From Thermodesulfobacteriota bacterium (GTDB lineage Bacteria; Desulfobacterota; Binatia; UBA9968; JAJDTQ01), in assembly GCA_965116635.1 (NCBI GenBank), contig OZ220710.1, forward strand, positions 4,319,467 to 4,383,466: a stretch of DNA of 64,000 bases. Reading direction: 5' to 3'. The notes under the pieces are model-generated. The model was not told the origin of the DNA. It made no database searches and saw nothing but the letters and a program-made list of their open reading frames with translations. This document shows positions 37,545 through 46,703 of the stretch, in pieces; the stretch's first letter is position 1; each line of letters opens with the position of its first letter. Both the position numbers and the translations under genes were made by a program.

Positions 37545-40277
37545 TTACCAGTGGAGGGAGGCCCGCAGAGTCAAGCCGTGCTCCGCCACCCTTTCGGACC
37601 GCTCGCGGCGCGTTCCCTGGAGCGCCAGGTCAAACGAGGACGCCATCCGCAGCCGCGCGCCGGTACGGTATTCCTTCGCCCCCTGGGCCGACAGCAGGAA
37701 ACCGGCATAAGGCGTGACCACGCCCCGTCCCCCGAACGCCGGCAGGCCGTAGCCCAACTCGCCCGCCATGCGCATCGCGGCGTCCGCCGAGCCGGCCCCG
37801 GTTCCCGTCAGGCCGCGCTGCCAAAGCTGGTCGGCGCTGCTTTGAGGCTGGCCCCAGGAGGGGGCGAGGCTGACCGAGAAACCTCGGCCCGAGACCCCTG
37901 GATCGAGGCGCAGCGAGCCGCCGGCGCCCCATTCCTCGCGGTCGCCGCCGTGGGACAGCAGCGTCCTGCCGCGGCCCTCCACCGTGAGTCCCAGCGACGG
38001 TTCCCGGTATTGCAGCGCGCCCCCGATTTCCAATCCGGCCCCGGTTTCGCCGGCGCCGCCGTCAGCGAGAACTCCGAGCTCCAGCGAAGGGGTCAGCACG
38101 CCGCCCGAGTCGAACTGCCGGGCGTACTTTCCCTCCAGCGCCAGCCGAAGCCGGCTTACGGTCGAGGTGAGTTCATCCATGTCGTCGGAGCCGTGGACCT
38201 CGGCTCGGGCCAACCCGCCCTGGCCCTTCAACTCCACGGCGGTTTCGCCGCCGGGCAACAGGTCGCTGCTCGAATACACCGTGCCGTTGGCGCCCACCGC
38301 CCCGGACCATTGCGTCAGGTCGCTGGTGCTCGCGACGTCCGAATCATCGTGGTTCACGCGCACCCTGCCCCAACCGTGACCCGCCATGGCCCAAACTCCG
38401 ACGCCCGAGTCCAGCATCCAGCCCACGTAGGGGTTCAGGCTCGTCAGCGCGGTTTCATGATCGCCGCGCCTGGGATCGACCCCGATCTGTTCCGTGTAGT
38501 CGAGGGTTCCCTTCGAGTGGGATATGGACAAGCCTGCGAGCAGGTTGCGCTTCAACAGCACATCCGTGCCGAAATGGCCGCTCACGACATTGCCCTCCCA
38601 GTCGATGTCGCCGGAGCCGCCGGAGAGACTCTGATAGTCGCCGTTGCCCCACAGCGCCAGACCGCCCGGTGCGTTGCCGAACGGGTTGAGCGGCAACGCA
38701 AACGATGAACCGGCCAGAAACCGGCCCGGGTCCATCGAGTCGTCGCGGATGGCCCTGGCGCCGGTGGCCAGTGCCTGGGAGAGGTTGGATGCGCCGCCAA
38801 GGTTCCAATTCGTTCTCGGCGTCTTCGGGCTCGATAGGCGCGAGTTGACGCGGTCGCTCACCGCGTTGGCCGTGCTCGACAGGATCGCTCGCGAAACCGC
38901 CGGCAGCAGGACGGGGTTGACCCGGTCGATGCGCGCGCGCGGCGACGGATACACGCCTACGTTGGCGCGCGGGAGCAACGCCATCCCCACCGCGTTGACG
39001 TGTTGTCTTTCCATGTCGCCGAGTGTCGGCGACTTTCCGGAGCCGGGATAGTGGGCGCAGTAGGAGCTGGACGGATCGTCGGTGTTGCCGTCGCCGGTAG
39101 CGACGCGCTTGCGGCGGCAGTCGAGGGAGTCCCACCAGGCGCCGACGCTGTCGAATTGGCCCGGGCCGCGGGCATTCGCGGCAGTGTCGTTGACGGACCT
39201 CTTGGTCTGCGGATCCAGGTCGGCGTACATGTTCCGGGCAGCAGCGTCCTGTTGCGGGGTCGCGGTGTCGCCGTGCAAGGCGGCGACCTTTTGATCCGGG
39301 CCGAAGCCATCCCACCACTGCATGACCGGCGCAATGTCCGGGGGATACACGCCGGGGCTCATGAGCCCGAGCAAGACCTGCCCGATCGCGTCCACATGGG
39401 CCTGTTCGGCGGCGCCGAGCAGCGGCTCCACGCCGGAGCCCGGATAGTAGGCGCAGTAGGGGCTGTTCGAGTCGTCGGTGTTGCCGTCGCCCGTGGCGAC
39501 GCGCTTCTGGCGGCAATTGAGGGACTCCCACCAGGCGCCAACGCTCCTCAAAGGGGTGGTGGGGGCGATTCTGTTGGTGGCGGAATTAACCAGGCGCTTG
39601 GTCTCCGGGTCCAGATCCCCGTACAGACGCTCGGCGTCGGCCCTTTCCTCGGGATCGAGTGTTGCGGCGTCGCCGTGCAACGCGGCAACCCTTTGGCCCG
39701 GGTCGAGGGCGCTCCACCAGCGCATGGCCAGGACACTGTCCGCGGGATAGTCGCCGGGTTCCATGCGTCCGAGCAAGGACAGCCCGATCATGTCCACGCG
39801 GGCCATTTCTTCGGCGTCGAGCAACGGCGTCCTGCCGGAGCCCGGATAATGGGCGCAGTAGGGGCTCGTTGTATCCTCGGTGTTGCCCTCGCCGACAGCA
39901 ATGCGCTTCTTGCGACAGTCGAGGGACTGCCACCAGGCGCCGACGCTGGCGAAGTTCACGTTCCCGTTGATCTCATCCGCGGCGTCGTTGACGAGGCCCT
40001 TGGTTGCCGCATCCAGGCCGGCGTAAGGATTCCCGGCGGCGGCGGTCTGCGCGGGAGTCGGTTGGTCGTCGCCGTGCAGGGCGGCCAACCTCTCTTGGGG
40101 GTTGAGGACATCCCACCAGCGCATGGCGGCCTCGTTGTCGGGTGGCGGATCGCCGGTCTGCGCGTAGGCCTGGCCTTGGAGGCCGAACGCCAGCAGGGCG
40201 AACAGCGCGAGCATCATGAGGGTGGACAACCGGCCGAGCCGTTGTCCGTAGCGGTGTCCCGGTCTTAAGCGTATCAA
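37545..40277 (-). CDS. autotransporter outer-membrane protein; passenger with three ~128-aa novel repeats
   Basis: It has a signal peptide, a C-terminal beta-domain ending ...LTLRASLHW, and three repeats each carrying WW, AALHGD, SVGAWWxSLxCRxKR and SPYCAxYPGSG. Confidence 0.75.
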   Translation of the reverse strand: MIRLRPGHRYGQRLGRLSTLMMLALFALLAFGLQGQAYAQTGDPPPDNEAAMRWWDVLNPQERLAALHGDDQPTPAQTAAAGNPYAGLDAATKGLVNDAADEINGNVNFASVGAWWQSLDCRKKRIAVGEGNTEDTTSPYCAHYPGSGRTPLLDAEEMARVDMIGLSLLGRMEPGDYPADSVLAMRWWSALDPGQRVAALHGDAATLDPEERADAERLYGDLDPETKRLVNSATNRIAPTTPLRSVGAWWESLNCRQKRVATGDGNTDDSNSPYCAYYPGSGVEPLLGAAEQAHVDAIGQVLLGLMSPGVYPPDIAPVMQWWDGFGPDQKVAALHGDTATPQQDAAARNMYADLDPQTKRSVNDTAANARGPGQFDSVGAWWDSLDCRRKRVATGDGNTDDPSSSYCAHYPGSGKSPTLGDMERQHVNAVGMALLPRANVGVYPSPRARIDRVNPVLLPAVSRAILSSTANAVSDRVNSRLSSPKTPRTNWNLGGASNLSQALATGARAIRDDSMDPGRFLAGSSFALPLNPFGNAPGGLALWGNGDYQSLSGGSGDIDWEGNVVSGHFGTDVLLKRNLLAGLSISHSKGTLDYTEQIGVDPRRGDHETALTSLNPYVGWMLDSGVGVWAMAGHGWGRVRVNHDDSDVASTSDLTQWSGAVGANGTVYSSSDLLPGGETAVELKGQGGLARAEVHGSDDMDELTSTVSRLRLALEGKYARQFDSGGVLTPSLELGVLADGGAGETGAGLEIGGALQYREPSLGLTVEGRGRTLLSHGGDREEWGAGGSLRLDPGVSGRGFSVSLAPSWGQPQSSADQLWQRGLTGTGAGSADAAMRMAGELGYGLPAFGGRGVVTPYAGFLLSAQGAKEYRTGARLRMASSFDLALQGTRRERSERVAEHGLTLRASLHW
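38942..40127 (-). repeat. three tandem ~390-bp intragenic repeats encoding the Cys-pair passenger domain
   Basis: Seen as repeated protein blocks MRWWDVL.../MRWWSAL.../MQWWDGF... and as repeated antisense ORFs in the track. Confidence 0.7.
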
Positions 40278-40313
40278 TGTGTGGATCTCCGGCGGAGGTT
40301 GGGTCGGTGTCGA

Positions 40314-41547
40314 TCAGTCGATGAAGCTCCCCTCCGGGTCCGGGAGGTTGCCTTGCTCGCCCGGCAGGTTGCCGTGCTCGTCCGGGAACAGCACCTTGAC
40401 CGCCTCGGCGCCGCCCACGCCGGTGCACCAGGGCACCATGTTCTTCATCCGGCAGGTGATGCTGCGCTTGGCCAGCTCTGCCTCGAAGATCTCGTGGATC
40501 TCGGGGTCTTCGTCCTCGTACTCCACCTGGTATCCGCCCTTTTTGCCGCTGACCTCGCCGGTGCGGAGCACGGTGGACTCCTGGGCCTGCCAGCGGCTGA
40601 CGGCGTACTTCCTGGACAGCCCCTGGTTCATCACCAGGTAGGTGGCCGGCGTCGAGCCCACGTTGAAGTGCTGGTGCAGCCACAGGCCCTGACCCGCGCC
40701 CGAGAGGTAGAGGCTCCCTTCCTTCCAGTCGCAGCGGACGCGCTCCTCGTTGCCGCGCTGGGCGAGCACATAGCCTTCGCCCTCGATGATGTAGAGGTGC
40801 GCTCCCGGGCCGTGGCGGTGGGACTTCTTGTAGTAGCCGGATTCGAAGCGGGACACGTGGGACTCCATCAACCCGGAGCCCATGACCATGAACGCGTTGG
40901 TGCCGCCGCCGCCCCGGCTCTTCCACTCGTAGAGCGGCAGCTTGCGGATGTCCGGGATGAAGTTGGTCTCCCACACCCGGCCGCGGTAGAGCTTGGCCTC
41001 GGCGTTGAAGTAGTCGGGCTCGCCCTGGTAGCGGTCGTCGAAGTCGTAGCTGTTGTCGAAGATGAAGTGCTCGCTGTTCCACTGCCGGAAGAGTTGCGGC
41101 AGATCGGTGACCGAGAACCACCGCGCCGGCTGCGACAGGCTGGCGTTGAAGAACTGGTGCCAGGCGTTGGTGGGCGGCACGAAGTAGCTGCCGGGGCCCC
41201 ACTCGAAGGTCTGCTTCTCCCCGCCCTCGCGCCACACCGAGCAGGAGCCGTGACCCGAAACCACGTAGATGGCTTCGGTATACATGTGCCGCAGCGGCGC
41301 GGTGTAGCCTCCGGGCGGCAGCTCGACGATGTGCTCGTCGCCGCCGTTGTCGCCGTCGAGGTAGCACAGCGCGCCCTTGACGCCGTCGCCCTTGCGCGGC
41401 CACGGGCCCACTTCCACGGCCTTCATGTCCTCGATGAAGACGCCGCCGATCAGCGGGGCGCCCTCCCGCTCGCGCCACTCGGCGTAGGAGTCGGTGCGCG
41501 TGAGCGCGGGCTGTTTCTCGGGGTCCAGGGGTTGGGTGGGAATGGTC
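40314..41547 (-). CDS. bicupin dioxygenase-like protein
   Basis: There are two cupin barrels, the second with the metal motif HRHGPGAHLYIIEGEG. A GTG start (MTIPTQ) has a GGAAGGAGG RBS. Confidence 0.55.
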
Positions 41548-41688
41548 ACGACGTCGCCTCCTTCCGTGATTTTGGGGAAGGGTAGGCGATTGAATGGAGT
41601 CCTGTCAATCGAGGAGCATGTTCGGCCGCTCGCGATCTTCCGGAACGGGTGCGAAGGAGGCGGCGGCAAGGAAAACGCCTGCAGGGAA

Positions 41689-41791
41689 GTTACAAATGCC
41701 GGGTTAGTTTCATTGTAAATGCCGGGCCGATTGCGTTATAAATAGCCGGTCAAAGCCGTTTCAGATGCCCGGTTACCAATGCCGAAGCCGG
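41689..41791 (+). promoter_or_regulatory. iteron-like array: 4-5 direct repeats of TTnTAAATGCCGGG at ~23-bp spacing
   Basis: The repeats are TTACAAATGCCGGG, TTGTAAATGCCGGG, TTATAAATAGCCGG, TTTCAGATGCCCGG and CCAATGCCGAAGCCGGGG, directly upstream of the ATPase paralog 2 start. Confidence 0.5.
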
Positions 41792-41807
41792 GGGGGACGA
41801 GAACGAA

Positions 41808-43055
41808 ATGTACCTGCAGCGGATCGCGGACAAGGAGCTTGGCGATCGCCTGGGGGCCGCCGGGGCCGTGCTGATCGAGGGTCCGAGAGCCTGCGGCAAG
41901 ACGGAAACCGCCCGCCAGCAGGCCGCCAGCGAAGTGCAACTCGACGTCGACGAGAACGCTCGTCACGCCATGGCCATCGATCCCGCATTGGTGCTGGCCG
42001 GAGACAGCCCACGATTGATCGACGAGTGGCAGATCGAGCCTGCCATCTGGAACCATGTCCGGCGCGCCGTGGATCGGCGTCGCAGCCCGGGACAGTTCAT
42101 ACTGACCGGCTCCGCAGTGCCCGCCGATGACATCACCCGCCACACCGGCGCGGGCCGGATATCCCGCATCAGGCTGCGTACCATGAGCTCCTTCGAGGCG
42201 GGTTTTTCCACCGGCCAGGTGGCTCTTTCAGACCTGATGCGCGGCCGGTTCGAGGGTTGCCCGCGCCAGGGCTCCACGCTGACGGAACTAGTCGCGCACC
42301 TGAGCCGGGGCGGTTGGCCGGGCGACCTGCACCTGGCGGAGCAGGCGTGCATGACAGCCCGCATCGACTATCTGGAGGAAATCCGTCGAGTCGACATTGT
42401 CCGGGTTGACGGCGTTTCCCGGAATCCGGACCACGTCGCCCGAGTGTTGCAATCGCTCGCGCGAAACGTAGGCACGCCGGTCAGCGGGCGCACCATCGCC
42501 GCGGACGCCGGCGGGGGCGACGGCCCGTTGGACGGGGACACCGTGCGCGGTTACCTCGCTGCCCTGCGGCGGTTGATGGTGTACGAAGAGCAGCCGGCGT
42601 GGTCGCCGCGGCTTCGCTCGCGGTCTACGTTGCGGCGTTGGCCGAAACGGCACTTCGTCGATCCGTCGTTGGCGGTGGCGGCCCTCGGCGCAACGCCGCC
42701 ACGGTTGCTGGCGGATCTCAACTTCCTGGGTCTGTTGTTCGAATCCATGGTGTATCGGGACCTTTCCATTTATTCCCGTGTGTGCGACGCGAACGTTTAT
42801 CACTACCGCGACAACACCGACCTCGAAGTCGACGCCGTGGTGCAGAGCCGTCAGGGAGACTGGTGTGCCTTCGAGGTGAAGCTCGGCGCCGGACAGGTGG
42901 ACGCCGCCGCGGCTTCTTTATCGAAGTTCCGGGAACGGGTGGACTCGGCCGCCGTCGGCGAGCCCAAAATGCTTGGCGTGATCGTGAGTTCCGGCTATGG
43001 CTATGTCCGTAAGGACGGCATAGCCGTCATCCCGATTGCCGCGCTGGGCCCATGA
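41808..43055 (+). CDS. AAA+ ATPase of the AAA_14/DUF4143 family, paralog 2
   Basis: Walker A GPRACGKTE and the same architecture as paralogs 1 and 3. Confidence 0.8.
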   Translation: MYLQRIADKELGDRLGAAGAVLIEGPRACGKTETARQQAASEVQLDVDENARHAMAIDPALVLAGDSPRLIDEWQIEPAIWNHVRRAVDRRRSPGQFILTGSAVPADDITRHTGAGRISRIRLRTMSSFEAGFSTGQVALSDLMRGRFEGCPRQGSTLTELVAHLSRGGWPGDLHLAEQACMTARIDYLEEIRRVDIVRVDGVSRNPDHVARVLQSLARNVGTPVSGRTIAADAGGGDGPLDGDTVRGYLAALRRLMVYEEQPAWSPRLRSRSTLRRWPKRHFVDPSLAVAALGATPPRLLADLNFLGLLFESMVYRDLSIYSRVCDANVYHYRDNTDLEVDAVVQSRQGDWCAFEVKLGAGQVDAAAASLSKFRERVDSAAVGEPKMLGVIVSSGYGYVRKDGIAVIPIAALGP

Positions 43056-43088
43056 TCCGGCCGGCCGACCACGGAGAGGAGTAACCCC

Positions 43089-44252
43089 ATGCCCGGCCCC
43101 CTGAACGACATCCGCGTGGTGGATTTCACCCACGCTCTGAACGGACCCTTCTGCACCATGCTGCTGGGGCACCTGGGAGCCGAAGTCATCAAGATCGAGC
43201 CGCCCCAGGGCGACAACTTCCGGCGCTCCTGGACGGCGCCGGACGCGGGCAAGGACGGCTACGAGTTCCTGTGGATCAACGTCAACAAGAAGAGCGTGGT
43301 GCTGAACCTCAAGAGCGAGCGCGGCGTCGAGCTTGCGCGGGAGATCATCGCCCGGGCCGACGTGCTGGTGGAGAACTACCAGAAGGGCACCATGGAGCGG
43401 TTCGGGCTCGACTACGACTCCATCAAGGAAGCGAACCCGCGATTGATCTACGCCTGCTCCCGCGGATACGGCGAGTGGGGACCCTACGCCGACTACGGCA
43501 ACACCGCCGCCACCAACAACAGCATGACCGGCTGGACCCACACCGCCTGGGAGTACGCCGGCGCCAAGGGCACCAAGTCCCTGGGCATCGGCGACGAGGC
43601 CGCCGGCGTCAGCATGACCGTGGGCATCCTGGCGGCGCTCCACGCCCGCGAGCGCACCGGCGAGGGCCAGAGGATCGTGGTGTCCATGCAGGAGGCGGTG
43701 CTGGGCTTCATGGTCAGCTCCATGCACGAGCACTTCACCGGCAACATGGTGGGCAACACGCCGATGGAGGTGGCCGACGGCTACTTCACGCTACGGGTCC
43801 CCCACCTGGACGACGACGGCTGGAGCCGGCTGGCGGAGAGGATGGGGCGGCCGGAGCTGGCGACGGACGCGCGTTTCGCCGACGCCGGCGTCCGGCGCAA
43901 GCACAAAGACGAGCTGGACCCGCTCGTCCGGGACTGGGCGCGCACCCGCACCCGGCAGGAGCTGTGGGACGCCGTCCGCGACCTCGGCTACTTCGGCGCC
44001 CCCGTGCTGACCAAGGCCGAGGTCCTGGACGACCCCCATATCAAGGCGCGCAACGCCTTCATCGAGCGCGACCATCCCACCGCCGGCCCCACCACCCTGC
44101 TGGCGCCGTGGATACACATGTCCCAGACGCCCGCGTCCATCCGCGACGACGCTCCCGCCATCGGCCAGCATACCGACGAGGTGCTGGGCGGCTTGCTGGG
44201 GCTCACCGAGGCGGAGCTGGCGGATCTGCGCAACACCGCCGTCATCCGTTAA
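43089..44252 (+). CDS. CoA-transferase family III (CaiB/BaiF/formyl-CoA transferase-like)
   Basis: N-terminal IRVVDFTHALNGPFCTMLLGHLGAEVIKIE and catalytic Asp region NYQKGTMERFGLDYDS. Confidence 0.85.
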   Translation: MPGPLNDIRVVDFTHALNGPFCTMLLGHLGAEVIKIEPPQGDNFRRSWTAPDAGKDGYEFLWINVNKKSVVLNLKSERGVELAREIIARADVLVENYQKGTMERFGLDYDSIKEANPRLIYACSRGYGEWGPYADYGNTAATNNSMTGWTHTAWEYAGAKGTKSLGIGDEAAGVSMTVGILAALHARERTGEGQRIVVSMQEAVLGFMVSSMHEHFTGNMVGNTPMEVADGYFTLRVPHLDDDGWSRLAERMGRPELATDARFADAGVRRKHKDELDPLVRDWARTRTRQELWDAVRDLGYFGAPVLTKAEVLDDPHIKARNAFIERDHPTAGPTTLLAPWIHMSQTPASIRDDAPAIGQHTDEVLGGLLGLTEAELADLRNTAVIR

Positions 44253-44328
44253 GGCACAGGTAGGGGCGACCGGTGGTCGCCCTTGTTGGGCATCCACGGC
44301 AGCCGCCACCAACGGCACGGTCTCGGGA

Positions 44329-44967
44329 TCAGTCTTCGAGCGTCTTGTCCGGGAACTCGCACAGGTCGGCGATGACGCACCGCGGGCACTCGGGTTTGCG
44401 CGCCTTGCAGACGTAGCGGCCGTGGAGGATGAGCCAGTGGTGGGCGTCCTTGCGGAACTCCGGAGGCGTGAGCCGGGTCAGCCGGGTCTCCACCTCCAGG
44501 GGGTTCTTTCCCTTGGCCAGGCGCGTGCGGTTGGCCACGCGGAAGATGTGGGTATCCACCGCGATAGTGGGTTCGCCGAAGGCCGTGTTGAGGATGACGT
44601 TGGCGGTCTTCCGGCCCACGCCGGGGAGCTTCTCCAGGGCCTCCCGGGTGCGCGGCACCTGGCTCCCGTGCTCCTCGATGAGGATCCTGCAGGTCTTGAT
44701 GATGTTCTCGGCCTTGCTGTTGAACAGTCCGATGGTGCGGATGTAGCGCTTGAGCCGGGCGACGCCCAGGGCGAGGATCTTCTCGGGGGTATTGGCCACC
44801 GGGTACAGCTGGGCGGTGGCCTTGTTGACGCTTACGTCCGTGGCCTGGGCCGACAGCACCACGGCGACCAGCAGCTCGAACGGGTCGACCCAGTCCAGTT
44901 CGGTGGAGGGGCTGGGGTTGTTTTCCTGGAGTCGCTCGTAAATGGCGGTACGCTTCTGCCTGTTCAT
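44329..44967 (-). CDS. nth: endonuclease III
   Basis: HhH-GPD motif LPGVGRKTANVIL and the 4Fe-4S cluster CKARKPECPRCVIADLC. Confidence 0.9.
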   Translation of the reverse strand: MNRQKRTAIYERLQENNPSPSTELDWVDPFELLVAVVLSAQATDVSVNKATAQLYPVANTPEKILALGVARLKRYIRTIGLFNSKAENIIKTCRILIEEHGSQVPRTREALEKLPGVGRKTANVILNTAFGEPTIAVDTHIFRVANRTRLAKGKNPLEVETRLTRLTPPEFRKDAHHWLILHGRYVCKARKPECPRCVIADLCEFPDKTLED

Positions 44968-44968
44968 G

Positions 44969-46087
44969 TCAGGGTATGTATTTCTCGTCCTGCAGAAAGA
45001 GCTCGCTGGGGATCTCGGTGCCCAGCCCCATTTCCTTGCAGTGAGTATAGATGAGGTGGCTGACCGCGGTAAACTGCACGCCGTCTCCGCGCAGCACGAG
45101 CCCGGTGATCTGGCTGTCGGATGTGCGGCCGGGGTGGTTTCCGGCGATGACGTCGCCCAACAACGGCAGCTTGTCCCACTCGATGGACGTCGGCCGGGTG
45201 TACTGGTCCTTCCCGTGCTCGGGGATGGCCTCGGCGCCGCCGATGGCGTACCTCATCCAGCGCCGGCCGTGGCGGTTCATGGTCAGCACGTCGCAGCGCT
45301 CCCAGCCGGCGACCTCCAGCTCGACGTCGGAGACGTTGCTGACGAACTGGCCGGGCTCCAGCCAGTCGGCCATCACCACCGGGTCCTTGGAGTTGGTGGC
45401 CATGTAGACGATGTCCGCGTCTCGGACCGCCTCGCGGGCTGAAGGAACCGGTATCATCTCTATTCCCGCTTCCTTGGACATCTGCTCCGCGAACGTCTCT
45501 TTCTTGCCGGGAGTGGGACTATACACCTTGATCGTTTTCAGGTTGCCGAGGGCGGCGAAACAATGAACGGCGCCCTGGGCCTGCCAGCCCGTCCCGACCA
45601 GGCCCACCGTGCGCGAATCCTTGCGAGCCAGGTACTTCGCGCCCACCGCGCCGGTGCCCGCCACCCGGAACTTCTGGAGGTAGCCGTCGTGAATGATGGC
45701 CAGGAGCTCGCCGGTGCGGGAGCTGTAGAGGTAGATGAGGCCGCAGAACCTTCCGTCCTTTCGGCCCGGCACCCGTCGTTGGAGCGTTCGGCCGTCCTGT
45801 TCGAAATAGGTGATGATGTCGGAGTCGATGCGGTCCGTCGCGGCATCCAGCTTGGCGATGGCGCCGCTCAGCGAGGTGAAGGAGTGGTGTGTCGGATCCC
45901 CGCCGCCCTCGGGAAACCGGGGGTGATCGCGGTAGTCGTCGGGGTCCCTTGGCGTGAAGACCCGGTACGGGGGTGCGTTGATCGCGCCGCCGGTCGCCAG
46001 CTCCAGCGCCGCCAACTCCAGGGCATCGTTTACCTCTGACGGGTTGAGGACCTTCTCTACGGTCGGATTGTCGATGATGAGCGTCAT
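44969..46087 (-). CDS. ornithine cyclodeaminase/mu-crystallin family protein
   Basis: OCD/mu-crystallin Rossmann region VGLVGTGWQAQ. It is coupled to nth (2-nt gap). Confidence 0.75.
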   Translation of the reverse strand: MTLIIDNPTVEKVLNPSEVNDALELAALELATGGAINAPPYRVFTPRDPDDYRDHPRFPEGGGDPTHHSFTSLSGAIAKLDAATDRIDSDIITYFEQDGRTLQRRVPGRKDGRFCGLIYLYSSRTGELLAIIHDGYLQKFRVAGTGAVGAKYLARKDSRTVGLVGTGWQAQGAVHCFAALGNLKTIKVYSPTPGKKETFAEQMSKEAGIEMIPVPSAREAVRDADIVYMATNSKDPVVMADWLEPGQFVSNVSDVELEVAGWERCDVLTMNRHGRRWMRYAIGGAEAIPEHGKDQYTRPTSIEWDKLPLLGDVIAGNHPGRTSDSQITGLVLRGDGVQFTAVSHLIYTHCKEMGLGTEIPSELFLQDEKYIP

Positions 46088-46133
46088 TGAACCTTCCTGA
46101 TCGGGAAATCGCTTGGGAGAATCTGGTGAATCA

Positions 46134-46656
46134 GCGCCCTTCGACTTCGCTACGCTGACGCTTCGCTACGCTCAGGACGAACGGGGAGGATGCGTCCAAC
46201 CGTACTTCCTGAACGGAACTGCATCCAACCGGTTGTCCAACAGGTTGTTGAAGACACCGTGTGGCGCCCTTCGACTTCGCTTCGCGAAGCCTGTCCCGAG
46301 CTTGTCGAAGGGCTCAGGGCGAACGGAATCTTCATCAGAACTTCCTTGGCTTAACCGTTCGCCCCGAGCGTAGCTTTATCCAACCGTTGACGCTTCGCTA
46401 CGCTCAGGACGAACGGGGAGGATGCGTCCAACCGTACTTCCTGAACGGAACTGCATCCAACCGGTTGTCCAACAGGTTGTTGAAACACCGTGTGGCGCCC
46501 TTCGACTTCGCTACGCGAAGCCTGTCCCGAGCTTGTCGAAGGGCTCAGGGCGAACGGAATCTTCATCAGAACTTCCTTGACTTAACCGTTCGCCCCGAGC
46601 GTAGCTTTATCCAACCGTTCGTCCTGAGCGTAGCGTAGCGAAGTCGAAGGGCGCCC
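46134..46656. mobile_element. MITE-like repeat cluster, copy 6, containing a 232-bp tandem duplication (46156-46387 and 46388-46619)
   Basis: Both units contain GGATGCGTCCAACCG...CTGCATCCAACCGG plus a full palindromic MITE with GTTGAAgACACCGTGTGGCGCCC TIRs. Confidence 0.75.
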
Positions 46657-46703
46657 ATAATGAAGCAGACCCGCCACGGCTCGTGCAATCGCGGCCCGTG
46701 CCG

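Noticed and set aside
46113-46638. Short ORFs encoding LTLRYAQDERGGCVQPYFLNGTASNRLSNRLLK (two copies), and similar peptides at 18757-18984, 34716-35318 and 35406-35978
   Set aside because: These are read-through of MITE or tandem-duplicated DNA. They have identical peptides in a non-coding context, no RBS, and overlap palindromes.
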